Shown here: one piece after another, positions 11,600 to 26,185 of the stretch
Position numbering within the stretch: the first letter of the stretch is position 1
How the letters are laid out: each line of letters begins with the position of its first letter
Source: Octopus vulgaris
Taxonomy: Eukaryota
Length of the DNA: 64,000 bases
NCBI GenBank assembly: GCA_951406725.2
Contig: OX597814.1
Span: 211,792,001 to 211,856,000 of the forward strand
Direction: 5' to 3'
The notes under the pieces: generated by a model
Databases searched by the model: none
The model's input: only the letters and a program-made list of their open reading frames with translations
What the model was told of the DNA's origin: nothing
Program-made: the position numbers and the translations under genes

Positions 11600-13349
11600 A
11601 GATATTAAAACTCGGAGCGGAGTTCACTTCGCAAAGGGGAAAGAATAAGGGGAGACTAATTCTAGAAAGGGAGATGTTATGGAAGGACTCGAACCACTCA
11701 CCATGTGACTTAAGATGGACTGACTCATTGCTATAAAACAAACAACAGTGAGCTATTGGCAGTTCAGATTGGTAAGCAGTTCACAGTGATTGAGGCCGTT
11801 GAGTCTCGCATATACATGCCTCGTGTAAACATTTCTTAGTAGTCACTTCTCCCTTGAAAGCCAGATGTAATGCAGCAAGTGATTGCGTCAAACACTCAAA
11901 CTAAATGAAAAGTAAATCATAATCCTTTCTACAATAGGCACAACACCTGGAATTTTGACGGATATGCTTTCTCGATTATATCAATCCCAGTCCCAAATGG
12001 TGTTTATTCTATGGATGCCTCTGCTTCTGTCCCTGTTGTTGTTGCTGTAGTTGTTGTTATTGATGGTGGTGGTGGTGGTGGTGGTGGTGGCATTGGTGGT
12101 GGTGTTGGTGGTGTTGTTGGCTGTGTCTGTGACCATGTCAATTAATAGCGGAGAAAATAATGTTTTTATGGCTATTCCAACAGCCATCACTTTCCTCGAT
12201 TTGCGAAGTTTTATAGCTGCTGGATCTCATATTGAGGAACCCTGTCTTGAATGGTAAGTTAAAATTCGAACGTTCAATTTCATTTCAACAAACTTTCTAA
12301 CACGTGTTAAGTGTTATATACATTTTAAAATATCCTATCGCTAAAATTGAAGCTATATGATTGATTTCTATTATATATCCATATTACAATACAGTTTTGC
12401 AGTCATATAATACCCGTGTTAATATACATTGTATATTGATGTGTATTCTTCCGTTTTCCTACTATTTATGTTAACTTTTCCACTGGCTTCGAAATCCATA
12501 TGATCCTAATAATCTATATTCTACAAAGATACCGGCATCTATTTTACACCCCTCTAGAAAATATTATATGCCTTTAATATGTAAAACCATACTCATATGA
12601 ATAGCGTGTTTTGTTAGAAGTTACTTCCATGCATTCAATTATATTTACAGCGTAGGCCAGCTAAGGTTAAAATTCTTAAAATAAGCATTATTCTTATGAA
12701 TGAGTAGAGAATTGAAAAGGTATTGTGAAGGTGTCATGGACACGTTCAATCTAATCAAGCGAGTTTGACATTCACTAATCAAATCTTGTAAAACACACGA
12801 TGCAGAATTGCAGACTACTCTCAATAATCTTAGATTAGATAGGTATCATTATGTCAAATAACAGTCGAAGATTTGACATTTGACCTAGATTAACATCATT
12901 CATTTTAGATTTCGTGATCGTTAATGCTATCAAGAAATAAATAGGTTTATTTGAAGAAGTACGTGTGCCCTAAGACATCAATAACAGCGAAGAATGGTGC
13001 TTAATTGAAGTTATAATCGTCAGCAATAAATTAGTGCCTTCTAAAATCGTATGGAAGTTTAAACGACCGGTATACTATAATATTCACGTACATTCATGTG
13101 AGAAATATATCGGAAGTTTATTTATGTCTCCAAATAAATAATAGACAACAAAAATGAAATAGACATTCATATACATTTTCTTGTTGAAATATATCATACA
13201 ATATCACTTTGGATGATACAACAATGCCGATGATACAAGCATCGGTTCACCTATACACACGAGGATAGATATATTATATATAATTAACACTCATCTTATA
13301 TGTATACTTTGTTAATATACATTATATATTAATGTGTATTCACATTATC

Positions 13350-13658
13350 AGACGGGTAGTCATGATGGGTATGTTGGGCTTCGTATATTTTACTCCGGTG
13401 TAACTTTGATGGCATCCACCGCTCACTCATTCAACAATAATAATAATAATAATAATACGAAGAAGAAGAATGTCTCATGGAAGGCTGCAACATTTTAACA
13501 GATAATTTTAACAGATGGTTCAATATTTTGAGCGGGACAGGCATTTGAGGGGAACGGGCTATTCGGGCTGAAGAGAATTTTAACTGCAAGGTATTGTATA
13601 TTTATATCCTAGTGTCACTTTGATGACATGCGCTACTCTCTCACTCAATAACAACAAC

Positions 13659-13709
<51 letters not shown>
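13350..13709 (+). mobile_element. Two retroposon 3' tails ending in (AAT)n
   Basis: tatatttt...gtgt.actttgatg.cat...ctc.ctca.tcaa(taa)n at about 13385-13457 and 13595-13709. Confidence 0.55.
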
Positions 13710-13710
<1 letters not shown>

Positions 13711-14059
13711 GCACTGATGCTTCTGAGTGAGATTGGCCACCCTGCTTGTCTTCTCGCCCCAGTTCTTCTCAACCTGAATATCCTGACCAAACCATAGACC
13801 GAGGAATTTTGGCGGTCACTCCGTCCCTTGATGTTTTTCGAGGACATAGACCTGCCTCTCAACGTGCAGACTCACTGATTTTTCTTGTTTAGTTTTTGCT
13901 CCTCTTATTGCCTCAAAGTTTATTAGAACAGTACTGAGTAGATGTTCAACAATGTGACTGTGAAATCATTTGCGTTTGCTGACACGATTTATTCACATCC
14001 TAGTTTGCACCAGATGCTTCAAAACGCCTCCAATTTACTCTGTAATCGTTCTGAAACCA

Positions 14060-15300
14060 GTACGTATAGGAGAGACGGATTGAGTGCGTGATACAAGATG
14101 GTTCCGATATAATACCATTCACCCGAACCGAGCAGATGCCCCTGAATATTTCGGAGATCCAGCCAGAGAAAATGGGATCGAAAGTGGCTGCTGTGCGTAC
14201 CACGCCAAGTATTGGTGGGTACCCTCGATTAACCCACACATGGCAGCTTCTTTATTTACCCTTTATACGATGTATCGAATGAGGTGTAAGTCATCGTGGA
14301 TGGACATGCTTCGGATAATAGATGATTGTGCATCACCAATAGGCTCATCGGCGAAAAGCGACAACCTATTTCAAATCTGCATTCAACAGCGTTATAGGCC
14401 TGAAATTTTCTGTTCATCCCACTTTCTTAGCAGTGCGACCGCACCTGAACTCACAGAACTAGGTATATTTCCATTCTGCTGCCAGTTGTGGTAGATATCT
14501 GCTAACAGGTCGTCAAACCGGTCTAGCATAATACAGTAACGCTCGTAAGATAGACCATCCAAACCAGCCGAGTTGCCCCCTTCTGTTTGTGGCCCACCAC
14601 CGCATGTCGTATTTCCGTGTCAATTATCGGTATTTTCGCCACGCTCGCCTCCACTTTTGCCGAGAGACGTGGCATGTCGTCAATGTAGGCACTGAAGTTC
14701 ACCCTTCAAGGGCGAAGTGCTACTGAAATGTTGTATTTTTGTAGGGCCTGTCTGCCATACGCCTATTTAGGTCCACTAAAGAGTGAATTCTTGCTTTGTT
14801 TCCACCTCTGCCAAAAGGGTCCATCGAGCGGATTTCCTTCCCTCGTTTCTTAGAGTACAAGTCACCACTCTGACAATGCTTTCATCGCAATTAACTTGTT
14901 CTAAGGTCAATTTCACCGCAAGCATGTCAGTTGCAATTGACCTCCTAAGTGCCGCTTTGAAATTTCTTACAAACCAAAGCAATTCTAATCTATTTGCCCT
15001 TTCGAGGCTAAACCACCGTTTGTTGTTAACGAGTGACCTTGTCAACGACCACTGAAGTAATTTACTAATCTGGTCTCTCTAAGCTGGGGACAACAGGAAT
15101 GACGTATTCAGCTCCCAGTAAGCGTGTCCATACCTAGGAAGTCTATCTAACCGACTATTTTAAAACTGTGTACAACTTATACTATCATTGTGTACCGGCC
15201 GACAAGATACTCTATCTAAATACAGATGACAGGATGCAGATTGTCTTTGCCTACATTGGCACATTCATGAAATCCAGTTGATATCTTTCAGGCAGTTGAA
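14060..15300 (-). mobile_element. Decayed Tx1/L1-clade LINE ORF2 (endonuclease end to RT)
   Basis: YLDRVSCR..GHAYWELNTSFL; GNSAGLDGLSYERY; NWQQNGNIPSSVSSGAVALLRK; NFRPITLLNADLK; SIHDDLHLIRYI; VRVNGIISEP. Confidence 0.88.
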
Positions 15301-15424
15301 AACATCTGAACGAGTTTGCTACGATTTTGCATACCTCCACCTTTTCTTCAGCTGGAACCAGGCATGGCGCTTCAGACGAAGGAGAAGAAAAGGAAGAAGA
15401 AGAATATATGTATGTATGTATGCA

Positions 15425-15483
<59 letters not shown>

Positions 15484-15599
15484 GCGGAGGAACTCTTGAG
15501 GGTCAACAGCCATCCAATAAATGTCTTAAGGCTGGATCATGCGCGAAGACATAGAAATTCTCGAGCCCATTGGATTGAAAGTAAGTTTCCCCAGACATG

Positions 15600-16030
15600 A
15601 TCAATGTACGTGTACAATTTGGGATCATGACACCGTATTAGGGTCTGTGTTTATAGTACTTTGGCTTCACCTGTTGTACCAACTCTACCTTGTATGGAAA
15701 AAGGTCTACTGAGAACCCTTTGCAGCGAAATTTGTGAAATCCCCTGCTGTCTGGATAGATTTCGAATCGACGGGCCCAGATTCTGTTCAATACTCTCGCA
15801 CCCTCGTACCCTTACCTCATCGGTTCTGACAGTACGAGTTCTCTCAAATCGTGGGACTTCATTTACTGTCCCTTTTTTAAAAACGATGAACTACGTTCCT
15901 AATTATGTTTTCACTTGAGGCAATTCTCTCTTGAGAATGCTAACGATATGGTTTCTGGGTTCGAATAATCGACCTCTGGTACTTAATGGACATTTTTACC
16001 GCTTGGGCGTGTTATTCGGTGCTATATTAT
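15600..16030 (-). mobile_element. Tc1/mariner-superfamily N-terminal fragment
   Basis: SSENIIRNVVHRF*KKGTVNEVPRFERTRTVRTDE..VRESIEQN..SIRNLSRQQGISQISLQRVL resembles the HTH region of DD37D/DD41D-type transposases. Confidence 0.65.
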
Positions 16031-16392
16031 TCCCTGATTACTTTCCAGGATCTAGTACATAAACATCCTTGACAAGAAAAGAAAAATTTCCAAAAATATT
16101 AGAAGTATCAAGAACTGCAATCCCTCAGAGACTTTTAGGCCACGCTGTTCATATATGTGTGTGTTTGTGAGTGTGTGGAGTTCAAATTTACTGAAAAAAA
16201 AAGATGAAGACAAGTGGCAATGGTATGACCTGGGGGCCAGTGTGATTGACATGGTGAATATTCTTTCTCCTTGTACAGTTGCATGTTGACGACTGATGGT
16301 AACAGAGTCAGGGAGAGACTCCCTGAGGGGCTGATCTGCTGCGGGAAGGAAATATCAGGGAGATGAAATATGTAGAAAACGCGTGCGTGTTG

Positions 16393-16430
<38 letters not shown>

Positions 16431-16505
16431 AAAATATATACACACACACATACATGAATATCCATAAATATACACACATATATATGTGTACATATATATG
16501 TGTAC

Positions 16506-16539
<34 letters not shown>

Positions 16540-17099
16540 AAACGTTGGGCTTCCGGATTATCACTTGCGTCATAGTTGCGCAATATTCCAATAATAAACT
16601 ATATGTATGTACATACATACATACATACATACATAAAGAAAAGCACACACGCATACACGCACGCACACATGCACACACAAACGCATACACAGAGTAATTA
16701 TTGAAATACTGCACAACGTTGAAGCCTGTGATAATCCGGAAGCTTAATGAAGTCAACCACGATTTTACTTTTAGTGTAACTTCAAAACGATACATATTTA
16801 CACATAATATGAAGTGATAAGTATATTATGTGTTATTCCAATATATAGCACGTCTATATTTTCATATCACTCTTCGTTTTAATTGTACTAGTTTAGTCAT
16901 ATTAAAGTGTCCTTACAGTAGCTCTCTTCATTTTGCCAGATATATTGGGCACGTTTTTCAAGCAGGTGTATATAGAAAAGTCTTTTATATCGTGAGCCTT
17001 CGCTCTTCGACAGAAAATATTTAAAGGAAGAATGATGGAGAGAGAATGAAAGAAACGACGAAATGTGCAGCGTTCAATAATCGGTTGGTTTTGAGCTCT

Positions 17100-17560
17100 T
17101 TAAAAAATTCCTCGTAGACACTTAGAATTGTAACGGTCACCTTGATGAGTTTAGTATCCACTACTATTACGGTGACATCATTCGCATATGCCATTACAGA
17201 TATTCATTTTACCAGTTTGTGCGGTTTACCGCGAAATCTCTCTAGTTTTTGCAGTATTAATTCAGGAAAAGTGAGAAGTTTGACGGGATGATGGCATGAT
17301 GCTGAATGGTTTCTATGAGTTGCCATTTCCCGAAAACAACGACCACATGAATAGTTCCACTGTTCAACTTATGAAGACGGGGCTATGACCAGTATAAGTA
17401 TACGATCCAATTGAAAGTTTTCAGTTCGTACCCGGCCTCTCTCTATTGGATTTTCTGAGATGAAGGATGTCATTGATAGAGTTGTTCAGAACTTCTCATG
17501 ACAGAGCATCGTCAACATCAAGCGATTTATAAGTCATTGGATGTCATGTTAGTATATTTA
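17100..17560 (-). mobile_element. Tx1/L1-clade RT fragment
   Basis: ELILQKLERFRGKP..ISVMAYANDVTVIV, a degenerate YADD motif. Confidence 0.7.
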
Positions 17561-18476
17561 TTAGACCTTTTTATTTTAACTTCCTGTTTTCAATTATTTC
17601 TTTCACACTCATAAGCAACGTGAATCTGCTACGGGCTTTTTCTTGGGTATTTTTTATTTAAATAGTAGAAACACTATCAAATATGTATTGCGTTTTTAAC
17701 GAGTCGAGGATATGATTTGTACAAGATTTAACTTGTCAGCATCTAGCATGTAGAGCAACGCTTCAGATGATCACTTTGGCACAATAGATCATTAGTGATT
17801 AAATTAAAACTTATAAAGCATCTTTTCAATTTCACTTTCTAATTAAAGAAAGAAATTGCATTACATCAATAATTCCGATAAATTACTAAAAAGAAAAAAA
17901 AAGTATCGTTTAATAAATTCCGTAAAATTATCAAACGTGCATGTTCAAAATTTTGGTAATTTTCAAAATATTTCATTAACTTATTTCTCGAAGGTAATAA
18001 TTTATTATATGAAGCAATGTAAACATTAATAACTTATCTTCTGTTTAAATTTGTGTTTCACAATATTGTGTTGTAATATTACCGGTAATATATTAATATA
18101 GCATGTGGAAAAAAATTAGACACGTATATATGAAAGTTTTATCGTGTAGTTTCAATTCATCTTGAGAATTCATATATGCATTCATACACAAGCAGATATA
18201 TATGCTGATAAATTCGTTGGCATGCACAGGTACATACATCACACTCACATACTAATACACACATACATACATACATACACAGACACAATTAAACACACCT
18301 CCGCGTTCACTGGTAGGCAAACCCACACGCATATATAGGAGTCAAAACCGTTTAAAATATATATGATTTTATAAAATATTGCCTAATATGCAAATTGAAA
18401 TTTATGTAATTATGTGTGCGCTGCACACATGTGCCTGTGTGTACCTAGAGAAAGGTCCATATATATATATATATAT

Positions 18477-18510
<34 letters not shown>

Positions 18511-18804
18511 GAGTGCGTGTGTGTATGTGTGTATGTATATATATATATATATACACATATATATTTATGTATAAATATATGTATATGTATGCACTATGTA
18601 TTTATGTATATATGCATGTCTGTCAGTCAGTCTCTCTCTATTTCTCTCTCTCTCGCTCTGTATGTGTGTGTGGTGTGTGGTGTGTGTGTGTGTTTTGTGT
18701 ATAGGCTAGCCCCAAAAATATATACTAGCTTGGAATCATTACATGTTAGCGTCTATTAAAATACATATTTGTTTTAAAGTTTCATTGAATGTACTGACAT
18801 ATTT

Positions 18805-19560
18805 TTCTAGTTTTCAAGCAAGTGACCGTTCTGATCCAGAGACGGTTGATGACGTGAAGCAATGCAGGCTCTGTTTGTGCCCACTATCACTCAGTGTTTT
18901 CTGGCAAATTAATAGATTTCCTAGTTTTGTACGGCTAATTTAATCTTTCAAGTTTTCCCATAAATAATCTAGTGGTATGAGGTACTATGAAACCGGTGGG
19001 GATTGCATTGAGCCGCTTCCGTTATACACACCTGTCTGGCAAAATATCATCAAGGTTGGGCCATACGTTTAGTATACTAATATGAGGTTGCCCGTATCTT
19101 AATAGATATAAAACTTCATGTCATCAATGTTCTCTTGCATTTAATTGACATATGTATCTTTAGTTTGGTCTCATCAGTGCAAATAATGCTTTTGAAGTGT
19201 TCACATATTCTGCACGTATTGTCAAGCAAAAACCGCACAGCATCACTCTTCGGTTTGAATCACCTTTATTAAGAGCATGGCCTGTTCTTGGATTATAATT
19301 TTTCCAATGACAGCTCTTTAAGTTTTTTTGGATGCTTGATTTTGAAATCTGTATCTCACGATTCGCTTGCCACAGGAATTTCCATGAACACTGGCAATCT
19401 GTCTCTATATATTTTTCTTGGTTTGGTGAGGTTCCACAATATCTGTGGTCTTCCGGAACACCTCTTCTTGGCATTCACAGCATTTCTATCAGCTTGAAAA
19501 ATTATTCCTATTTAAACTGATAGTAGCTCACTTAGTGTATCTGTATGAAACTTCCTCCTA
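18805..19560 (-). mobile_element. Heavily decayed DD41D-like transposase fragment
   Basis: ISKSSIQKNLK..HWKNYNPRTGHALNKGDSNRRV; C-terminus SLDQNGHLLEN*. Confidence 0.6.
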
Positions 19561-19833
19561 ATCTGTCGTTTCGCTTCGACTGTAATTCCAAATTAATAAT
19601 AGCACTTAAGTACATATTTCCTTTATTGGAAGCTTCGTGCGGCTCCATTCATCATTTTTAATGGATTAAATCGAAAGAAATTCAATAGGGAATTACCAAA
19701 TGTTAAAATACGTAAACTCCTTGATGAACATGATATATTCTTTATACAGGTATACACTTATAAACATGGACGTATTCGGATTTAATATATAGTATTGCTG
19801 TAAATGTTATATCCGGATAAGTGAATGCCGAAA

Positions 19834-20252
19834 GGCGCAGGTGTGGCTGTGTGGTAAGTAGATTGCTTACCAACCACATGGTTCCGGGTTCAGTCCCACT
19901 GCGTGGCATCTTGGGCAAGTGTCTTCTACTATAGCCTCGGGCCGACCAAAGCCTTGTGCGTGGATTTGGTAGACGGAAACTGAAAGAAGCCTGTCGTATA
20001 TATGTATATACATATATGTATGTGTGTGTATATGTTTGTGTGTCTGTATTTGTACCCCTAGCATTGCTTGACAACCGATGCTGGTGTGTTTACGTCCCCG
20101 ACATTTAGCGGTTCGGCAAAAGAGATCGATAGAATAAGTACTGGGCTTACAAAGAATAAGTTCCGGGGTCGATTTGCTCGACTAAAGGTGGTGCTCCAGC
20201 ATGGCCGCAGTCAAATGACTGAAACAAGTAAAAGAGTAAAAGAGTAAAAGAG
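19834..20252 (+). mobile_element. tRNA-derived SINE family B with internal (TA)/(TG) microsatellite
   Basis: A box tggctgtgtggtaag, B-box-like ggttcagtccc, tail ggtggtgctccagcatggccgcag...(gtaaaaga)n. Five copies in the window. Confidence 0.92.
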
Positions 20253-20404
20253 CCGATATACAATACAAAATTTCTCTTTGTAGTCGACGATTAGTAGTGA
20301 AACTTTGATGAGGAGAGATTACTATGAAAAGCTGTAAGCACATTTAAATTTATTTCAGTTTATTTAAAGAATGCCATAATATTTATGTTCCCTCTCTCTC
20401 TCCC

Positions 20405-20508
<104 letters not shown>

Positions 20509-20511
20509 CCC

Positions 20512-20630
<119 letters not shown>

Positions 20631-22309
20631 ATGTATATATGGGGTGACATATAATTAATTTAATAAAACCAACAAATTTCAGTTAGTAGTATTTCGATAT
20701 GGAAAAGGACCCTATTCGGTAAAAACTTATATAATTATAATTATATAATTGCAAAATACCTTATTGTTGTAATTATATATATATATGTTATCAAATATCG
20801 AATCATAAAATCATGCAGCTATCACGGAATGTTCCTATTTCAGACTCTGCCAATAGTTCAAATAGTAAACCAATGTAAAGATACATAATGTAGCATGTAC
20901 ATGCAGCTGGAGTCTGGAAGATCTGATCTTCCTAATTATCTCATGAAGTGTATATAAGCCATAAAATGTCTAGAAGTATGAGAGGTAAATATATTTATTT
21001 AACCACTTGACATGCGTGATATTACGGCAGTTTCGTGTCCTTCTTCATGTAGTAACCATTTGAGTGTGGATGAAATTTTGCTTCCATGCTTGCATTAGAA
21101 TGCCTGCTCGGCATTGTACTATATAATTGTATGTCACATTTCAGTGTAAAGAATGGGAACTGTTCAGATCATCATATCATATGAACATCAGTGTTACGCG
21201 AACACTGAACCTCTAAGTGTGAATACAGAAAATATTCTCTTAATACTTGCCATGTATGGAAGCCCGCAATCTTTCATACTGAAATTGCTACTTCGTGAAG
21301 AAGGCGGCGAACATTTCGCAGTCCATAGGATGGCATCATGTACTTGAATAAACGCATACCCCACCCTCTATCTCTGTCTCTACCTATTTGACTGTCTGTC
21401 TGTCAGTCTCCCTCTCTCTCTCTATATATATATATATATGTGTGTATGTGTGTGTGTGTGCTATAGATAGATTGATACTTACATATATATATATATATAT
21501 ATAAAATCATATGGGTAAATATAGGCCAATGTAATCAATGAGTGCTGCCTGTATATGTGTGCGTGTGTGCCTCATGTTTCAATCTGTTGCTTCCATTATA
21601 GAAGCAAACACAACCAATACTGGACTGTTAACATTGTCACTTGCACTGTTAGTAATATCAACAAAATTTATTACAGTCGAGGTCTAACGGTAAAAAAAAA
21701 ATTTAAAGCCACATTAACTAGTACTGCACAAAATAACAAATACTGTTCTGGTCACGACGGAGATGGAAATTTAGGTAGGCTTACAAAACTCTATCAAGGC
21801 TTGATATGGTGATTGGAAATTTCAAGTGCATTAGGAGTATTTTGGCACTGTGTAACAGCTTTCAATTTAGAAATATATTATTCGTGTGCTGTGGAACCGC
21901 TTAATGAATTTGGAAATATTTGAGCTGTGTGTGTGTGTATGTGTGTGTGTGTGTTTCTGGCTTTTATGTGCGTGTGTGTTTGTGTATGTATATGTATGCA
22001 GGTATATAAGACACGGTGAGCACGCTAGTTCCTCGTTATTATTATTTTTTTTTCATCTTTTATTAATTTCACTTCGTTTTATATGAGTTCCATAATTTTT
22101 CTCACGAAATTGATCAGCAAACCTTCATGAAGACATAGGAACACGTGTGTCTTTATATGAATGTTGATAATCGTATCGTACACCTGCTGTTTCATTACAC
22201 ATTCCCATGGACAGAACTCGTATAAATCAATAAGTCTCAATAAAAGCTAAGTATAAAAATAAAGACACCAGCCAATTACCACTAGAAATACTGGCCTGAG
22301 ATTTAAACA

Positions 22310-22345
<36 letters not shown>

Positions 22346-22358
22346 ACACATACACACA

Positions 22359-22408
<50 letters not shown>

Positions 22409-23149
22409 CACACACAAACAGAAAGTGAGTGATTCATGAGACATGCATACATCACAGGCACACACATATTCCATACAGTAACACACATACGCATAGATAC
22501 AAGCATTCACTCACATGCAAGTATATACACGGCAACCACGCATCATGCACACATACATTTATGTACAAGAAGTTTGCTAGCAGTAACTGCGGACACTTAA
22601 TTATCAGTATATTACTCTCTTCAAACCAATTAAAAAGCTTTCATTTTTTTCAGATCACACGTGGCTCATATAATTCTAACACAAGAATTAAACAAAAAAA
22701 GTAACATACAATCATATTTGACGTTCGTGCGGAAACATGATATTTCAAATTTGCTAACTTTGTAAATGATACACGTCTAATTATCCACAAAGTTCGGAGG
22801 AATTGGGAGCCTCACGCAGGGATGTTTATTTGTACCTAAGAGAAAAATTCCATGTAGACGTTTGGAAATCGTATGAACATCACAATTCATACAACAGTTT
22901 CCAGGCATTGTTGGCGATGATCCCTGAAAAAAAAACAAAAACAAGAAAATCAATGCGGACGATCTCCTAATAATCTCAGCTGTTTGGTGCACGGAATTCG
23001 AATAGTCATATGTACAGAGGAATGACACATTCTGCAATACTACAGGAAAACCTTTTTACATTCATGCCATGTAGTAACTTAGTATAATTAAAACCTTTAG
23101 AAACATGGCATAATTTGGTCTTTTAATCTTCTAGCCAGTCCAAATGTTT

Positions 23150-23462
23150 AGAAGGAGAAATAGGAAATGGTCATGTGCAGACCGTTTTGATATGCTCCAG
23201 AGCACTGCACAAATTCAGGCTACTACGATGATTTTAGTATTGGCTAATAATGAGGGTCACACCATGCTATCTAACATATTTCCATAGTTTCAGCAATAGA
23301 GCTGCTGTTTATGTTAATCCCTGAGTAGATGAAGTACACAGTGAAAGGCTATACGAGAGATTTAGTGTTTTACTCCATAACATAACGCACCATCCGGCCC
23401 AGGAATTGAAATTCCGGTTTCTGATCGTGAGTTCAAAAGTCTAAACATTAAACTTTGCACCT
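23150..23462 (-). mobile_element. Old degenerate tRNA-derived SINE
   Basis: cataacgcaccatccggcccaggaattgaaa...gatcgtgagttc resembles a reverse-complemented tRNA-like head. Confidence 0.4.
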
Positions 23463-24795
23463 TTATAAGTATACATCGCATAAAGCTTAAAATGCAAATT
23501 ATTTTTCGGCATTTATGCTTACTATAATTTGGTCCTCATTCTGTATAATAATCTATCTAGAGAATAGATGGCTATAGTCCAAACACATCGCAATTTAAAG
23601 ATGATTAGATATAGGAGCGGAATATTAAGGGACTAGCGTATGGCACTACTTTACCACAATATCAATATTTTAAATTTCTCAACATTTTAAATTTCTCTCT
23701 CCGCATCCCAATTTCTTCAATTTTTTACTTCCCTGAATTTTTTATTGATAATCTAAGGGGGCGGGGAAAGAACAGAGAGTACAAATCTTTAAGAAAGTTT
23801 TCTTTTTTTTTCTTCAGAAACACTAAAATTTCCTTCCAAAACCTCCACTCATCACCACACCACATTCAAAAAGCTACGAACACCCAATGTTTCACTTTTG
23901 GGTTTTTGGAAAGCGGAGAAGTTTCTTCAGAAATAATGTTGTTTACCTGCAGTTTCTAGCATGTCGTGTTTTCTGCTGGTGCTCTAATAATTTTTATGTC
24001 TGCTATTTCAGTAAATGTTACGCATTCGCGGAACACCAGACAAAAGTAAATCATTGTGCGTTTTTAGCTTTTTGAAAGCAGCTATGTGATGGGTGTGCGA
24101 GGTGGGGGAAAGGGGCATTGAATGTTTCTTGAAAATAAATAACTCTTTAAAAGAAAATACATTTCCCAAATTCGTAATATCAGTATTTTTTCTACATGGA
24201 TAAAAAAAATCGTAAAAGCGTTACAAATTCCGAAATGGCGTAGCGGACAGTAAGAAACTAAAATGTTGAAAACGTGACTCCTGGGCAAAACCGTATTTAC
24301 CCACATTATGTTGTGAAACAATACATAGTTTGTTATACTTCAGAATAACAGGAGGCACTTTCATGCAAACCCATGCGAATTGTACCCTTCCCATGCCTTC
24401 ACGTTTAAACAAACATTTACGCCGGTAATCGAATTCCCTATATATCAGCTGTCCTGATCCTGCCCATAAGAAAGGAACAAATATTACAATATGGTTGCAC
24501 TGATAGTTGATGTCTATTAGTATTCGTTGATTTGAAATAATTTTTTTGTTTTAATATGATATTCCTCATATAATATCCACTGTATTAAAAGGCTCCATAC
24601 CAGTGCGCGGTTTCATCAGTTCAAATAAAGTTAAGATTAAATCTACATTCGAAATACAACCGGATGCAATTTGAAATGACAGTTGCTACGCCCGACATGT
24701 TGTCAAATAAAATACACCCGTGCATGGACACATGTAAACACGCATGCGTATGCAAACACACACACACAATACAACACACACAAACACACATTCAC

Positions 24796-24979
<184 letters not shown>

Positions 24980-25079
24980 CGTGAGCCATACACATGACAG
25001 AAGTAATACTCATTCAAATTTCTTGAATTCTGAAATTATACATTCAAATTATTTATTAATTGTTATAATGTGAATATTT

Positions 25080-26185
25080 AATATTTAGTAGACATGCCCT
25101 GTGCATTTTTTAATACAAGGACCCTATTAGGCATGTTACGGATCAGATGACGAATATTCCGTTGCAGAATTTCTTGATAAGTTTCATGCACTAATCTCAA
25201 AATATCTTGCTTCGAAGATGCTTTCTTGTTCTTTTTATGAAGTGTGCTGTTCATTATGCCTCAGAAATGTTCAATAGGGTTTATATCTGGTGACTGACTT
25301 GCCTTTGTAATCTTTTTAATGCTATTCTCATCCAACAAATCTTGGGTCATTTTAGCCGTGTGAAAAGAAGCCCCATTTTCCATAAAGAAATGTTCTTTTT
25401 TAATCATTTCACCACTAGAGAAGTTTGGAAGGATTCCTTTCTGCAATTTGGACATGCATTTATCTGAGTTTATGCTTCCCTCACACTCCAACAGCTCTGA
25501 TCAACCATTGCTCCAAGATTCTCCCCGGGACATTACAAAATAGCTGCCGTGTTTCATTGTTGGCTGCCATATTTTAATATCAAATTCTTGATCACAGTCT
25601 CCAGACACACACTGGAACATTGTCAGGAAATACAGCAAATCTGGACTCATCAGAGAATATGTCAGTGCCCCAAAATACTAGTGGCCTGCCCACCATCTCA
25701 CTGGCCCAATGTTTTTTCCGCTTGATGTTGTCTTGTCGAAGAAGTGGCTCTTGCTGTTCTTCCATAGTAACCAAGTATGTGGAGATATCCGACAGTTGTT
25801 CTGAGACTGATATCAACTTGTTCTGCTATGTCAAAGGCCTTGTAACGAGGATTATCTTCCACACTTCTCCGTCAGAGGGCCTTGGTTGAACTGCGTGAGG
25901 TGATATGCACTCCTCCCTCTCTCTGGTGAATTGCACAATTACTCTATTAATTGTAGAAAGCGGAATCCCACGGTTTTCTGCTATTTTACGCTATGTACAT
26001 TCACCTTCAGAATAACCCACAATACCACGTCTTCGAAATTCATACAGTCCCAAGGCATGAGTAAGCAGTCACATATGCAGCCTGAAACATAAAATTTTCA
26101 ATTAATAAAAGATATGAACCATATCATAAACATAAACATAAAACGGTGTTTTATGGGTTGTCTACTTACTTCTGCCATGTGTGTG
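25080..26185 (-). mobile_element. Decayed Tc1 (DD34E) transposon
   Basis: IFSDESRF, FMENGASFHTAK, SQSPDINPIEHF; end-like tacacacatggcagaagtaagtagaca at about 26160-26187. Confidence 0.85.

Noticed and set aside
18805-18900. Exon-like segment after ttttctag
   Set aside because: Better explained as the antisense of a DD41D-like transposase C-terminus (SLDQNGHLLEN*).
20840-20935. agactc/gagtct stem before GAAA on the minus strand
   Set aside because: No CUGANGA upstream, and a 6 bp match could be chance.
24600-24625. Minus-strand CTGATGAAACCGCG
   Set aside because: The core halves overlap with no stem II; not foldable as a hammerhead.
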